Made by a program: the position numbers and the translations under genes. The notes beneath the pieces are model-generated. The model was not told the origin of the DNA. It did not search any database and was given only the letters and a program-made list of their open reading frames with translations. This document shows, one piece after another, positions 11,266 to 23,083 of a stretch of 64,000 nt of DNA. Source of the stretch: Pristiophorus japonicus (lineage: Eukaryota); contig NC_091993.1 in assembly GCF_044704955.1 (NCBI RefSeq), positions 111,104,001 to 111,168,000 on the forward strand. Reading direction: 5' to 3'. Position 1 is the stretch's first letter, and the number at the start of each line of letters is the position of its first letter.

Positions 11266-11893
11266 TGCAAAGGGGATGGAGTATAAAAGCAGGGAAGTCT
11301 TGCTACAGTTGTACAGGGTATTGACGATGCCACACCTGGAATACTGCGTGCAGTTTTGGTTTTCATATTTACGAAAGGATATACATGCTTTGGAGGCAGT
11401 TCAGAGAAGGTTCACAAGGTTGATTCCGGAGATGAGGGGGTTGACTTATGAGAAAAGATTGAGTAGGTTGGGCGTCTACTCATTGGAATTCGGAAGAATG
11501 AGAGGCAATCTTATCGAAGCGTATAAGATAATGAGGGGGCTTGAATAGGTGGATGTAGAGAGGATGTTTCCACTGATGGGGGAGACTAGAACTAGAGGGC
11601 ATGATCTTAGAATAAGGGGCCACCCATTTAAAACTGAGATGAGGAGAAATTTCTTCTCTCAGAGGGTTGTAAATCTGTGGAATTCGCTGCCTCAGAGAGC
11701 TGTGGAAGCTGGGACATTGAATAAATTTAAGATAGAACTAGGCAGTTTCTTAAACGATAAGGGGATAAGGGGTTATGGGGAACGGAGCTGAGACCATGAC
11801 CAGATCAGCCATGGTCTTATTAAATGGCGGAGCAGGCTCGAGGGGCAGTATGGCCTACTCCTGTTCCTATTTCTTATGTTCTTATGTTCTTAT
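11266..11893 (+). mobile_element. CR1 3' fragment of another subfamily (also at ~32768-33395 and ~57250-57877)
   Basis: Reads GMEYKSREVLLQLY...PHLEYCVQFW...TRGHDLRI, with a (ttcttatg)n tail. Confidence 0.85.
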
Positions 11894-12147
11894 TAGCTCC
11901 GCACATTTGCAAATCAATTTTGATCGGGATCCTAAACCTGGCAGAAAGATTTGAATCTGCGAGGTGCTTAACTTATGTTTCAGGCAGATGCCCTGCACAC
12001 CTAGTCGCTGCTTCCAATCAATGGTTTCATAAAGCAAAAATGTATGAAAATACATGTTAAGCCAAAGATGCCCCTGCCAAGCCAGCAACTTTGGGCAGAA
12101 AAATATATAAAGCAAGTGGGTACACTGTGAAAATGAGATAATTGAAA

Positions 12148-12460
12148 GGCAGAAGCGTCAGTAACCAGAGGACACCGATTTAAGGTGATTGCCAAAAGAA
12201 GCAGAGGTGACATGAGGAAACATTTTTTTACACAGCAAGTTGTTGTGCTCTGAACTGCACTGCCTGAAAGGGTGGTGGAAGCAGATTTAATTGTAACATT
12301 CAGAAGAGAATTGGATGAATACTTAAAGAGAAAACATTTACAGGGCTAGGGGGACAGAGCAAGGGAGTGAGATTAATTGGATAGCTCTGTGAAAGAGCCT
12401 GGCACAGGCACGATAGGCTAAAGGGTCACCTTCTGTGCTGTATCATTCTACGATTCTATG
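12148..12460 (+). mobile_element. Short CR1 3'-end fragment (also in units 2 and 3)
   Basis: accagaggacaccgatttaaggtgattg... resembles 10992-11110 and ends in an attcta-type tail. Confidence 0.7.
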
Positions 12461-13190
12461 ATAAGCAGGCCTGTGCTGACAGTCCTTGTTATCACCAGAA
12501 ATAGGAGCAGGTGTTGCCTCGAGCCCGCTCTGCATGCTTCATTTTATTTATCAACCATTTTCTTGGCACTTACATGTACCTTATCTTCATGTTTACATAT
12601 TGTTCTGAGCACCTTGTTTGGAAAACTGTTCCTTCATAACAGTAATCAGGATTTTTTTCCCTAAGTTTTCAGAGCACTGTGACCCAGAAATTCAGCTGCA
12701 GAGCACCGTTTTTCAGGCGCTAAATGGCCTACTATGCAGGCAGGAAGCATGTGCACATTTCCGGCTGGAAGTGCGCCGCTCGCTACATGAGATTAACTGG
12801 CTACTCTGGTGTCAGGAACGCACGTCGGGAACATTGAAAGGGGGAAATAATTCATTTATATTCGGGTCCCGCATGTCTTGCCGGATCAGTTTGCGATTTC
12901 CAAATTGCCCAGCGCTTCACTCGCCCCGTGCTGAACTTGCACAGCGCAGCGTGATGCTAACCAGCAGGAAGGCCCCCATACTTACCTGGACGTGGAGCCT
13001 GCAGTTTTCCTGCTCCTCCCCATCCCGCATTAAAGGAACGTAGGCCGCTCGCTCTCCCCACCGATTCCTAGGCCTCTGTCTTTAGTCCAAAAGCAGGTTT
13101 GAGGTTACAGTGAAGGTTGGCAATCTAGATGACATTGCCGAGGGAATAACGTGTTATTCAAGAGAAGGTAAAGATCACATTATGTAGGTA

Positions 13191-13294
13191 AGATAAGAAC
13201 TGTTATTTTTCCATTAAGACTGGTCTTTTTCCAGTGATAACGTACTATAGCGTATGGGATTATTTATCACTAAAATAAACTCAGTGTATAAAAG
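13191..13294 (+). promoter_or_regulatory. Proximal promoter of copy B: TATA box plus three GATA motifs
   Basis: TATAAAAG at 13287-13294, 42 nt before the ATG. AGATAA at 13191, TGATAA at 13235, TTATCA at 13264. Confidence 0.7.
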
Positions 13295-13328
13295 AGGGAG
13301 TTGATCTCCACAACACACCAGTTACAAG

Positions 13329-16300
13329 ATGGCAAAGCTCCTGGTTGCAACAGGTAAGCATGTTTTACCATTTCATTACTTTCGATGTTGTAAGATTTTT
13401 CAGAAAATTTAGCTCTAAGATACCAATGGGGAATAGAACAAAGTGAAGACTCTTTTCTCAAATTCAAGTCTAATTAAAAAAGATTTGATTTTCTTTCTGT
13501 GTTATCTGAAGATACGTTACTGTTGATAGCACGCTGCTAAGTGCATGTTTTGACCAAAATTAACAGCAACAACAACAACTTGTATTTATATAGTGCCTTT
13601 AACATAGTGAAACATCCCAGGGTGCTTCACAGGAGTATTGAGAGACAAAAAGTTTGACCCCAAGCCACATATTAAGGCAGGTGACCAAAAGCTTTGTCAA
13701 AGAGGAAGGTTTTAAGGATGGTCTTGAAGAAGGAAAGAGAGGTAGAGAGGCACTCCAAATGACCCAACCCCATCGGATTATCTCCCTCCTGTTCCCCAAT
13801 AAATGCTCTTTAACTGTACCGTGCATCATTATACTTCTGTTGTGATCAGATACAAGCAAGCAGGTGACCAAAAGTGATTCTGAGTCAATTCTCAGGTCTA
13901 CCAGCTTCAGTTTTTAACTAATTGCGAAATGAACGTGAACAAATGGGGTTAAATTGTAATGAGTGATAGCAGTAGAATTGCATGAAGTGGAAGGAGGCTG
14001 TCTGTGTGATGGAGAGAATATGGGCTTGGAAGTTCCATTTGTGATTGAATACGACACGCGTTTGCGAGCAGTCTGGTTCAGCCTGAGACTGTAGCCAGGA
14101 ACGAGTTGATGGCAAAATTGGGGATGGGAGCCAAAGATGAAAACTTCGCTCATTCCAATGTTTAGCTGGAAAAAAATTGTGACTCATCCAAAACTGGTTG
14201 TTGGACAAGTTATCAGACAGTACAGGGGCACTGGAGGTGTGAAGAAGGTTGGTGGTGAGGTAGAGCCGATGTCATCAACGTACATCATCATCATCATCAT
14301 AGGCAGTCCCTCGGAATCGAGGAAGACTTGCTTCCACTCTTGAAGTGAGTTCTTTGGTGGCTGAACAGTCCAATACGAGAGCCACAGACTCTGTCACAGG
14401 TGGGACAGATAGTTGTTGAGGGAAGGGGTAGGTGGGACTGCTTTGCCGCATGCTCTTTCCGCTGTCTGCGCTTGATTTCTGCATGCTCTCGCCATTGAGG
14501 CTTGAGATGCTCAGCAGCCTCTCGGATGCACTTCCTCCACTTAGGGCGGTCTTGGGCCAGGGACTCCCAGGTGTCAGTGGGGATGTTGCACTTTATCAGG
14601 GAGGCTTTGAGGGTGTCCTTGTACTGTTTCCGCTGCCCACCTTTGGCTCGTTTGCCATGAAGGAGCTCCGAGTAGAGCACTTGCTTTGGTAGTCTCGTGT
14701 CTGGCATGCGGACTATGTGGCCTGCCCAGCGGAGCTGATCGAGTGTGGTCAGTGCTTCAATGCTGGGGATGTTAGCCTACATCAACGTACATGTGGATGC
14801 TGACCCCATGTCTGCAGATTATGTCGTTAAAGGGCAGCATATAGGTGAGGTAAAGGATTGTGCCAAGGATAGGTTCTTGTGGGCTCCCAGCCACACATAT
14901 AATAGGCTCATTGTGTATCCTTGAATCTTTAAGCATATTTTGATCATAATTCTAAAACTTACTTTATATCCTTTATTGCAGTGGTGGTCTTGTTGGCGTG
15001 CCTGGAACTGGGTAAGTCTTTGTGCATTTCAAGCGTTCCTTTATTTTAATGTAATGTGTGGAAGCACTGTCCTGATTTCCATTTCTCCCCACTCACAGGC
15101 TCTGCCTACAGACTGGTTTGTTACTTTACAAACTGGGCTCAGTACAGGCCAGGAGCGGGGAAGTACAAGCCGGAGAATGTGGACCCTTGCTTGTGCACAC
15201 ATCTGATCTACGCTTTTGCTGGGATGAAGGACAATCAAATCGCCACCTATGAATGGAACGATGTTACTCTCTACCACTCATTCAATTCCCTTAAAAACAA
15301 GTATAATTATGCTATAAATATTGACAATGTACCTGAAATACTAAGCATTGTTTGATGTCTGTGTTATATTTTGTTTTATATTCCAAAATTGTGCCCATTT
15401 ATATATAAATATAACTTGTCTGACCCAGCCAGAGAGGTGATATATGTGTAGAATTGGCTTACGATTTGCGTCTCACAAGTGGAGATTGAGTCAATGCCCA
15501 ATGGTTCTGACAATGCCCAATGTAGAATGAAGCATATCATGATATCACCACGTAAACAAAAACACCTATTCATTCAACAACGCAATGCGCAACCCTTAGG
15601 CCGGTCTATCAAAGTAACAAGTTGTTTTAATGGGTGTGCAGCTAGATTATACTTGCCACATGCACTGAACTTTGCACTTGCTTCTGAATCTCAGAGTACA
15701 CTGGAGCACATGCAGACATGTGTGCCGTGCAAAGTGCAGTGCGTACACACCTGCATATATACAGTGACACTGGGTATCGGAGATAGCTGGAACAATCAGT
15801 CTGCTCACCAACACCGGGTGAGTGAGATGACATTATTTAATGCACTTTAATTGTTCCAGACTGCTACAAAGGCACAGATCAACTCATATTTTCACAAAAA
15901 ACCACCCCGCCCCAGTTTTGTATCCCCAATTGTTAGTGATTCTGTCCCCCTGTTTTAAAACTCCTCTCTTGTCATTTTCCCTACTCTGCCTTAGAGGACA
16001 GCTAGGTGACTTGCTCCCAGGGCTATGCAGGTGATGTTCATTGGAAGCTGCATAAATGTGGTGCAGAGAGATTTGTCAGTAAATGTGTGTTCTGCATTCA
16101 GGTACTTCCATTCAACCAAATTCAGCAGCACAAGGAGAAAGCAGTTAAAGATGAGAACAGTAATGATTTTCAGCAATTACTGAAGTGTTATTAAATGCAT
16201 TTGCTTATGTTCTAATTTTACAACAGAAATGGAAACCTTAAGACACTTCTGTCCATCGGAGGCTGGAACTTTGGAACTCAGAAGTAAGATGGAAATATTT

Positions 16301-19300
16301 TATTTTGGTATTGAGTGAAAAGTGATTCTTTTCCAATTGCTTGTGATGCAAAGTGAACTGGGGACAGACATATTGTGGGCAATGATAACCATGCAGTTTT
16401 CGATAAATATATCGGAGGTTAGCTTATAGTATTTCTTGAATGAGTGATTAAGCTGGGCTGTCTGTAAAATGTAAATCAAACAATATTTAGGGGCTGATAT
16501 TTGTCTGAAAGGAAAGATTGCAACATTTTCAGAAAGAATCATTTCAAGTTAATACACTTGGTGAAGATTGATTGAACTGATTACTGAGAGCAGCAACAAT
16601 ACAACACTTAGCAATTATATTTTTGTAAATTCCTGGTATATCTTGAAATGATAAAAATTATGGAGCTCTTTCAGGTACAGGCTGAAATGACTAAATCAAA
16701 AATGCATCTGTTCTGAAATAAAAACAGAGCATGCTGGAAACACTCAGCAAGTCGGGCAGCTTCTGTGGAGCGAGAAACAGGGTTAAGGTTTCAGGCCAAT
16801 GACACTTCCTCAGCACTGGAAAAAGTTAGAGATGTAACAGGTTTTAAGCAAGTACAGAGGCAGTGAAAGTTGATGGGAGGAGTGATTAAATGACAAAAGA
16901 GATGACGGTGTTCTGATTTTTCTTTAACATTATCCTCTCCTCCAGATTCAGCGCTATGGTTTCCTCATCAGCAACTCGCCAAACATTCATAAAGTCTGTG
17001 ATTAGCTTCCTGCGCGGTTATGGGTTTGATGGTTTGGATATAGATTGGGAATATCCCGGGTCAAGGGGAAGCCCCCCACAAGACAAACATCTCTACACTC
17101 TGTTGACACAGGTGGGATTTAAAATACGATTTCATCAATTCCATGTAAATGGAATATTCAAAGTAGAAATATATGTATTTACTTCGCAAAACACTTTAAT
17201 CGCAGCTTCATTAACCACTGTGATAAGAAAAAAATGTTTGTTGTGACTCTGTGCAATAACTGCTATCCATCTAGGCTCTGTTGAAACCTGGTTCTACCTC
17301 TGGCTATACCCTTGTATTCGATACATTATTATGCAACACTTGGGCATGGATACATTTTATAATTCTTTAGTCGGTGATTGAAACCCTCTGTTTTGCGTGG
17401 ACCAGTTGCTAAGAGAACCTTTATTCACTTTCAACTTTTAGGAAATGATGGCAGCCTTCGAGGCTGAGGGGAAAAGTTCCGGGACTCCAAGACTCTTGCT
17501 CTCAGTTGCAGTTGCTGGTGGGAAGAGCAACATTGATACCGGCTATGAGGTTCCTCAGGTTGGACAGTAAGTATCCATGCCAGTCCTACAGGACTTTCTG
17601 ATTTTTTTGTGCTTCCTTGGTAGTTCAGCAAATTTAACTAGTTAGTAGCTGGGCCATACAGCCCTGGAAAGTCCCAGGTTCCATCTCCAGTCTGTACTGA
17701 GTGGAACTGTCTTTCGAATGACACATTAAACCAAGGCCCCATCTGCTCTTTCAGCTCGACATAAAAGATCCCATGGCACTATTTTAAAGAAGAGCAGAGG
17801 AGTTATCCCCGATGTCCTGGCCATTATTTATCCCTCAACCAACATCACTAAAAAACAAATTATCTGGTCATTATCACATTGCTGTTTGTGCGAGCTTACA
17901 GTGTTCAAATTGGCTGCCGCGTTTCCTACATTACAATAGTGACTACACTTCAAAAGTACTTCATTGGCTATAAAGTGCTTTGGGACGTCCGGTGATCGTG
18001 AAAGACACTATATAAACACACGCCTTTCTCAATTTTTCTTTGAGTTGGCTGAACCCAGCTGAGGCAATGTTAGAGATGCTAAAGATGTTCTTGGTATTGC
18101 TGTTCTGATTCCTGATTGCAAGCAGGGAATGTGAAGAAGAGAGGGGCAGAGTGCAGGGCGGGTGAAGGAGAGAAGGTCAGTATTTGCCAATTTGACAACC
18201 ATTCATAAAATCTGAGCTTAGCTTCTTGCACGTTATGGGTTTGATGGTTTGGACATAGACTGGGAATATCCCATCAGTGCTGCATTCACAACGTGAGTCA
18301 TGCTGAGAAAGCAGTACAAATGATTCTTTCTTTCCATGAGTAATAAAATATGAATGGCAAATGTAGTCAATGTTACAGTTCATGGAAATGCAGCACTAAC
18401 TTGTTCACACCAAGGACCCAGAAAAAGCAATGAGATAATAACCAGATATTTTGTGGGTTATTTTGGTGGTGATGATTCAGGGATAAATATTGTTCAGGAT
18501 ACAAGGACAACTCCTTGCTCATCTTTAAATAGTGTTATGGGATATTTTACATCCATCTGAGAAGGAACATTCTGGCATAATATTTCATCTGAATGACAAC
18601 ATCTCTAACAGTGGAACACTCCCTCAGTTTTGACATCCTGACACATGAATAATGGGTTTTGATAATAAGGAAATAATTTATAGTTAAAATGCACCATAAC
18701 AATGAATAGAAAGGTATGTCTAAATGATATAGGAATTGCCCACACATTAAGACTCCCTCTTCAATCATCTTTCAGTCTATAGTTCTTGGTATTGTGTTCT
18801 CATTTAGATCCCATGAAGGTAAAGACCCTGCTCTGATCTGTTGGACATAAATGTCACATGGCACACATCAAGCTGTACAGTCCTCTGGGCAGACCAAGCC
18901 CCACCTGAGGACTTGAACACATAATCTCAGCTGTCCCACCAGTGCAGTACCAAGGGAGCACGGCACTACCATTCTTTGGATGAGACGTTAAACTGAGGTC
19001 CTGTCTACCCTCTCAGATGGATGTAAACGGTCCCATGACGCTATTAGAAGAGCTGTTCTCCCAGTGCCCTGGCCATCATTTTATCCCTCAGACAACAGCA
19101 TTAATGTAGTTTCAGACACTTCAAAAGTAATTCATCAGCTGTAAAGTACTTTGGGATGTCCCGAGGCCATGAATGGTCCTGTTTAAATGCAGCATCTTTC
19201 TTTGCTTTGCTCTATAGCTTCAATTGTCAGAACTTCTTTGTGCAATGATTCAGATCATTGTCATTAAATTTAGCAACCAGGAAAATAAGAAATAGGAGCA

Positions 19301-22300
19301 GGAGCAGGCCATTTGGCCCCTTGAGCGAGAACATCAATGTAATGTATGCACCTGTGAGTATGCTCACAGGTTGGTAGAGCTGTTGAGTTGGGAGTGGCTT
19401 AGCTATCCACAAGATGTTCACAAGACTCAATAAAACCCCAGCCAGTTGGGTTCAGGGGATCCATGATGAGGCAGGTGGTTGTGAGCCTAGTGGTTGAACT
19501 GGTAATGTGTCGTGTGATTGTTTAACAAAGTATCAGTGTAACTTGGATCTTTTCTCATACAGAGTCGTGGACTTTTTCAATGTGATGACGTACGATTTCT
19601 TTGGTCCCTGGAGCCATGTCACTGGAGAAAATAGCCCTCTTTATCCTCTCCCAAATAACCAAGACACTACAAACCTGTACTTCAATGTGGTAAGTACTCA
19701 TGATAATAGAATCCCATCATGCTAATTATTTCCATTTATAAATAGATAACTATCTTTTACCAGAGGTTTTGCAGAGTCCTTCTTGCGTGAACATGAATGT
19801 TAATGCTTTCTCTGCAGAACTATGCAATGAAATACTGGAAAGATAAAGGAGCTCCTGCAGAGAAACTGAATGTTGGATTTCCTACATATGGCCATGCCTT
19901 GAGACTGGCCTCCTCCAACACTGGGCTTGGAGCCCCAACAGCAGGTCCTGGACCAGCTGGGAAGTACACCAGACAGGCTGGATTTTTGGCCTATTATGAG
20001 GTATTGATACTGATGCAGTTTCTTTACGTTTTAATATCTTATATTTTTAAATACAAAATAACCAAGTACCACATTCTACCCCCAAATACCTCAAGCTTTA
20101 CTGCAACATCTGCATTATTGCAATCATACGAATTTCCTGAGGTAGATTAATTAACATATTATAATGTATCAGAAAAGCCTGTGCTACCTTTGTGATGTTC
20201 AGGTGATGGAAGTCTCAAATTTGTGTCATGAAACTCTGATGAACAGAGATATAATGCCACACCTTTCATCATTGGATGGCACTTGACTATCTTCCTCTGG
20301 CCATTGTTGTCAGTCCTGGAAATTATATAAAGAGGTAAGATATAATCTTTTATATCCCCCTCCCCTCCCCTCCCCCCCTTAACGGAACATCCAGGGTTTC
20401 ATGCACAAAGATTACAGTCAATCCTTACCAGCTTGTATCCCGATCTCTTGTACTATTTACCCACTGACGGAATGGGTAAGGAACTTGGTGTTGATGTCAT
20501 CTCTTCAGCCAGTCTCTTTATCTCCCCTGTGAGTAAAGTCCAGGTGCCTCTTTGGCTCCTCCACAGCCTCAGATTGGGAAGTTGCAGTGTGAGGAATCAT
20601 TCATAACCTTTTAAGAAAAGGTAGTGCTACTTAATGAACATCTGAGGATGTATTGGTCAGCATTTGCTCAGACCATATTCGGAATATGAATTAAAATAGT
20701 TTTCAGCAGCAAAAGAAAAGAACAGTGCCTCCTGTTTCAAGATTATATTTGAGAGAAAATGATAGCTGAATAAAACAAACAATGAAAAATGACGTGAGTA
20801 AGGTCGTTAACATCACGTAGAGCACTGCGAACCACTGATGATTTGTCCCACTGATGTTTGTAGCCTAATGTCTCACTCTTCTGTCAGATCTGCACATTTT
20901 TGAATGGTGCCACCATGAAATGGGATGCTGCTCAGATGGTTCCGTATGCCTATAAAGGAAATGAATGGGTTGGATATGACAACGTGCAAAGCTTTGGAGA
21001 CAAGGTAACTTCGATAAACTCTGCTGTTCGACACCTTTTACTTGTTGCTTTGATGCAATATTTATTGTAATATACAACTAGTTTGTGCGAGTAAGCATTA
21101 GAATCATTTTGTTATATTGATCGATTGAATAACTGGAACACACATTCCCTGTCATTACACCATTACTTATAGGATGCTTGGAGCATTCTGCGCTCAAAGA
21201 CTTCTGCACAGTTGTAAAATGTATCTAACATTGGTCTTCCATCCTGGTGATGAGGCCAGGAAAAAACACACCAAAAGTTTCCAGTGAGACAACAGAATGA
21301 AAACAGTTCCTTCATGTCCCAAATGCCTGGTGATTTAGCGGTTTGAGTGGTTATTCATTTAAAATGGATGCGACATCTTTTTTGAAGTGTTTGAACCGCA
21401 GCTTGTATTTCTGATTTAGTCCCTTACACACAAATATCGAGAGAAGTTCATATTTCTGTCAACTCACCTCTTTGCGGCCAAAATACACTCAGTGACAGAA
21501 ACAGAGACAGTTTCTGTAATGACTCACTTCAGAGATACAAATACAGCAATATCAATGATATTTGGAATATCTGCCTTTATAGTCATTACAGAAAATATTA
21601 CCCTGTCCCCTAGTCCATGACAAAACATGAATGAAGCAATATTCATGCAGAGGTAGCAGTGGACCTTTGGCATTTTCACAATTTTGGAAGATCCTTTTTG
21701 CATTCAGTTCAGGGCCGTTGTAAATCTTAAATATATTTGGGATAAAACTTGCTTGGAAACAAGATTTGCAAAATAAATTTGTGAACAATTGCCTTCCAGG
21801 TTGAGTGGCTGAAGAAAAACAACTATGGAGGAGCGATGGTGTGGGATCTTGCTCTGGATGATTTCTCTGGTGCTTTCTGCAACCAGGGGCCTTACCCTCT
21901 CATTAACAAACTGCACACCGGGCTTGGAATTTCTGCAGGTAAATGTCAGGATTATTTATACTTGGAGCTGATTACTTGTTGCTTACCACAAAGTCAGCAT
22001 GGAAAGCCATTAATGGCTAAAATCATTCAGAAATTGTTTGGATTACCTCAGTGTATTTCAAATTCAATACTTTTAAAGTGGCAAAAATTCTGACCACTAG
22101 AATATTGCTGAGCGTCTATGAGCATAAAGTTCCTCAGACAGGACGAGCAATGCAGCAAAATACTGAAACATGTATATGTGTTAACAGAATAAGACACAAA
22201 TCCATGCTGGATGTTGCATCCAGTATGTAATGGCACTAAAAAATAGTGACGATGTGCATTGTAATATTGTGTCATTTAAAGGGACAATGTATTGCGATAC

Positions 22301-23083
22301 AACTTTACCAAGTTTTTTTTAAATGAAAGGAAGTTCAGTAACATCTGCCACAAATGTTGTGTATTCAAAACAGAAAATGCTGGCAGTACTCAGCAGGCCA
22401 GGCAGCAGCTTTGGAGAGAGAAGCAGAGTTAACGTTTCAGGTCTGTGACTCTGTTTCTCTCTCTCTCTCCACAGATGCTGCCTGGTCTGCCGAGTGTTTC
22501 CAGAATTTTCTCTTTAGATTTCAGATTCCAGATTCCAGCATCTGCAGTATTTTGCTGTTGGAGTAATGTTGTGTAACTTGACTTAAAATAGAACTATAAT
22601 TAAATCACACTTCAAATACACTCCAGACACAATGTGCCACATCACAAGATTTCCTCAGTGGCCCTTATTGAGCTGAACTTCACAAACATCTTGTTCCTGA
22701 TAACGCAAGGAACTGAGTTCACCCTGAAGATATTCAATGCAGCAACATCCCTTGAACTTGCAATGCTTAGCTTCAGTTGATATCAATTTTGAAGCAAGCA
22801 ATGAATGAATGAACTTTATTTCCTTCCAGCTTGTGTTCCATCGAAAACAACACTACGACCAAATGTTCCTCCTACTCATGTCCCCAGTGGTGGTGGCGGT
22901 GGCGGGAGTGGTGGTGGTGGCGGTGGTGGCAGTGGGTTCTGCGCTGGCAGATCTAACGGTACCTACCCTGATCCAAAGGATAAGAACAAATTTTATCAAT
23001 GTGTCTATGGAGTGACCTACGAGAAGCATTGCGCTGTTGGATTAATCTTTGATACTTCCTGTAACTGTTGCAACTGGGCTTAA
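13329..23083 (+). CDS. chia: GH18 acidic chitinase (CHIA/AMCase-like), copy B, complete, 11 coding exons, 474 aa
   Basis: Exons: 13329-13353, 14982-15011, 15099-15300, 16227-16283, 16946-17111, 17442-17566, 19563-19689, 19818-20000, 20888-21004, 21800-21938, 22830-23083. Total 1425 nt, open frame, all introns GT-AG. Signal peptide [21 protein letters not shown], then [15 protein letters not shown], catalytic [11 protein letters not shown] (Glu140), and a C-terminal 6-Cys chitin-binding domain. Exon sizes 25/30/202/57/166/125 match the vertebrate CHIA/CHIT1 layout. Confidence 0.95.
13563..14890 (-). mobile_element. Degenerate L2-like LINE remnants in intron 1, hosting the RTE insertion
   Basis: An L2-type 3' tail (caacaacaacttgtatttatatagtgcc) and an antisense HMYVDD motif (YADD-like) spanning the RTE insertion site. 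Confidence 0.5.
14286..14779 (-). mobile_element. RTE-clade LINE 3' fragment in intron 1 (also at 35788-36281 and 60282-60775)
   Basis: [18 protein letters not shown]...[21 protein letters not shown], a (gat)n tail, and a 13-bp target-site duplication catcaacgtacat at 14273-14285 and 14780-14792. Confidence 0.88.
17708..18035 (+). mobile_element. Deu-domain SINE (SacSINE1/AmnSINE-like) fragment in intron 6 (also at ~39209-39536 and 63704-64000)
   Basis: Contains aaagatcccatggcactatt...cctggcca..atttatccctcaaccaaca, recalled as a Deu-domain-like core, and an L2-like 3' tail. It appears nested in an older tRNA-derived SINE (~17640-18170). Confidence 0.65.
18196..18272 (+). pseudogene. Degenerate partial duplicate of catalytic exon 5 inside intron 6 (copy B)
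   Basis: Aligns to 16980-17057 with 8 substitutions and a 1-nt deletion by manual count. The 3' part still reads [13 protein letters not shown]. Confidence 0.85.
18870..19205 (+). mobile_element. Second, more diverged Deu-domain SINE in intron 6 (also at ~40371-40706)
   Basis: ggatgagacgttaaactgaggtcc...cccatgacgctatt...ttatccctca is homologous to 17708-18035. Confidence 0.6.

Larger units (their letters stand above)
1..21505. repeat. Tandem segmental-duplication unit 1 (~21.5 kb; boundary set arbitrarily at window start)
   Basis: Sequence at position 1 (gacagtttctgtaatgactc) recurs at 21506 and 43006. ORF-track entries repeat with offsets of ~21501-21505. Confidence 0.97.

Noticed and set aside
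12618-13043. 141-aa ORF upstream of the promoter, and similar short ORFs repeated in each unit
   Set aside because: No recognisable domain or splice structure. It lies in a CpG-rich, repeat-like segment and recurs only because of the duplication.
20356-20378. C-rich tract (possible minus-strand G-quadruplex) in intron 8
   Set aside because: A simple low-complexity run with no evidence of function.
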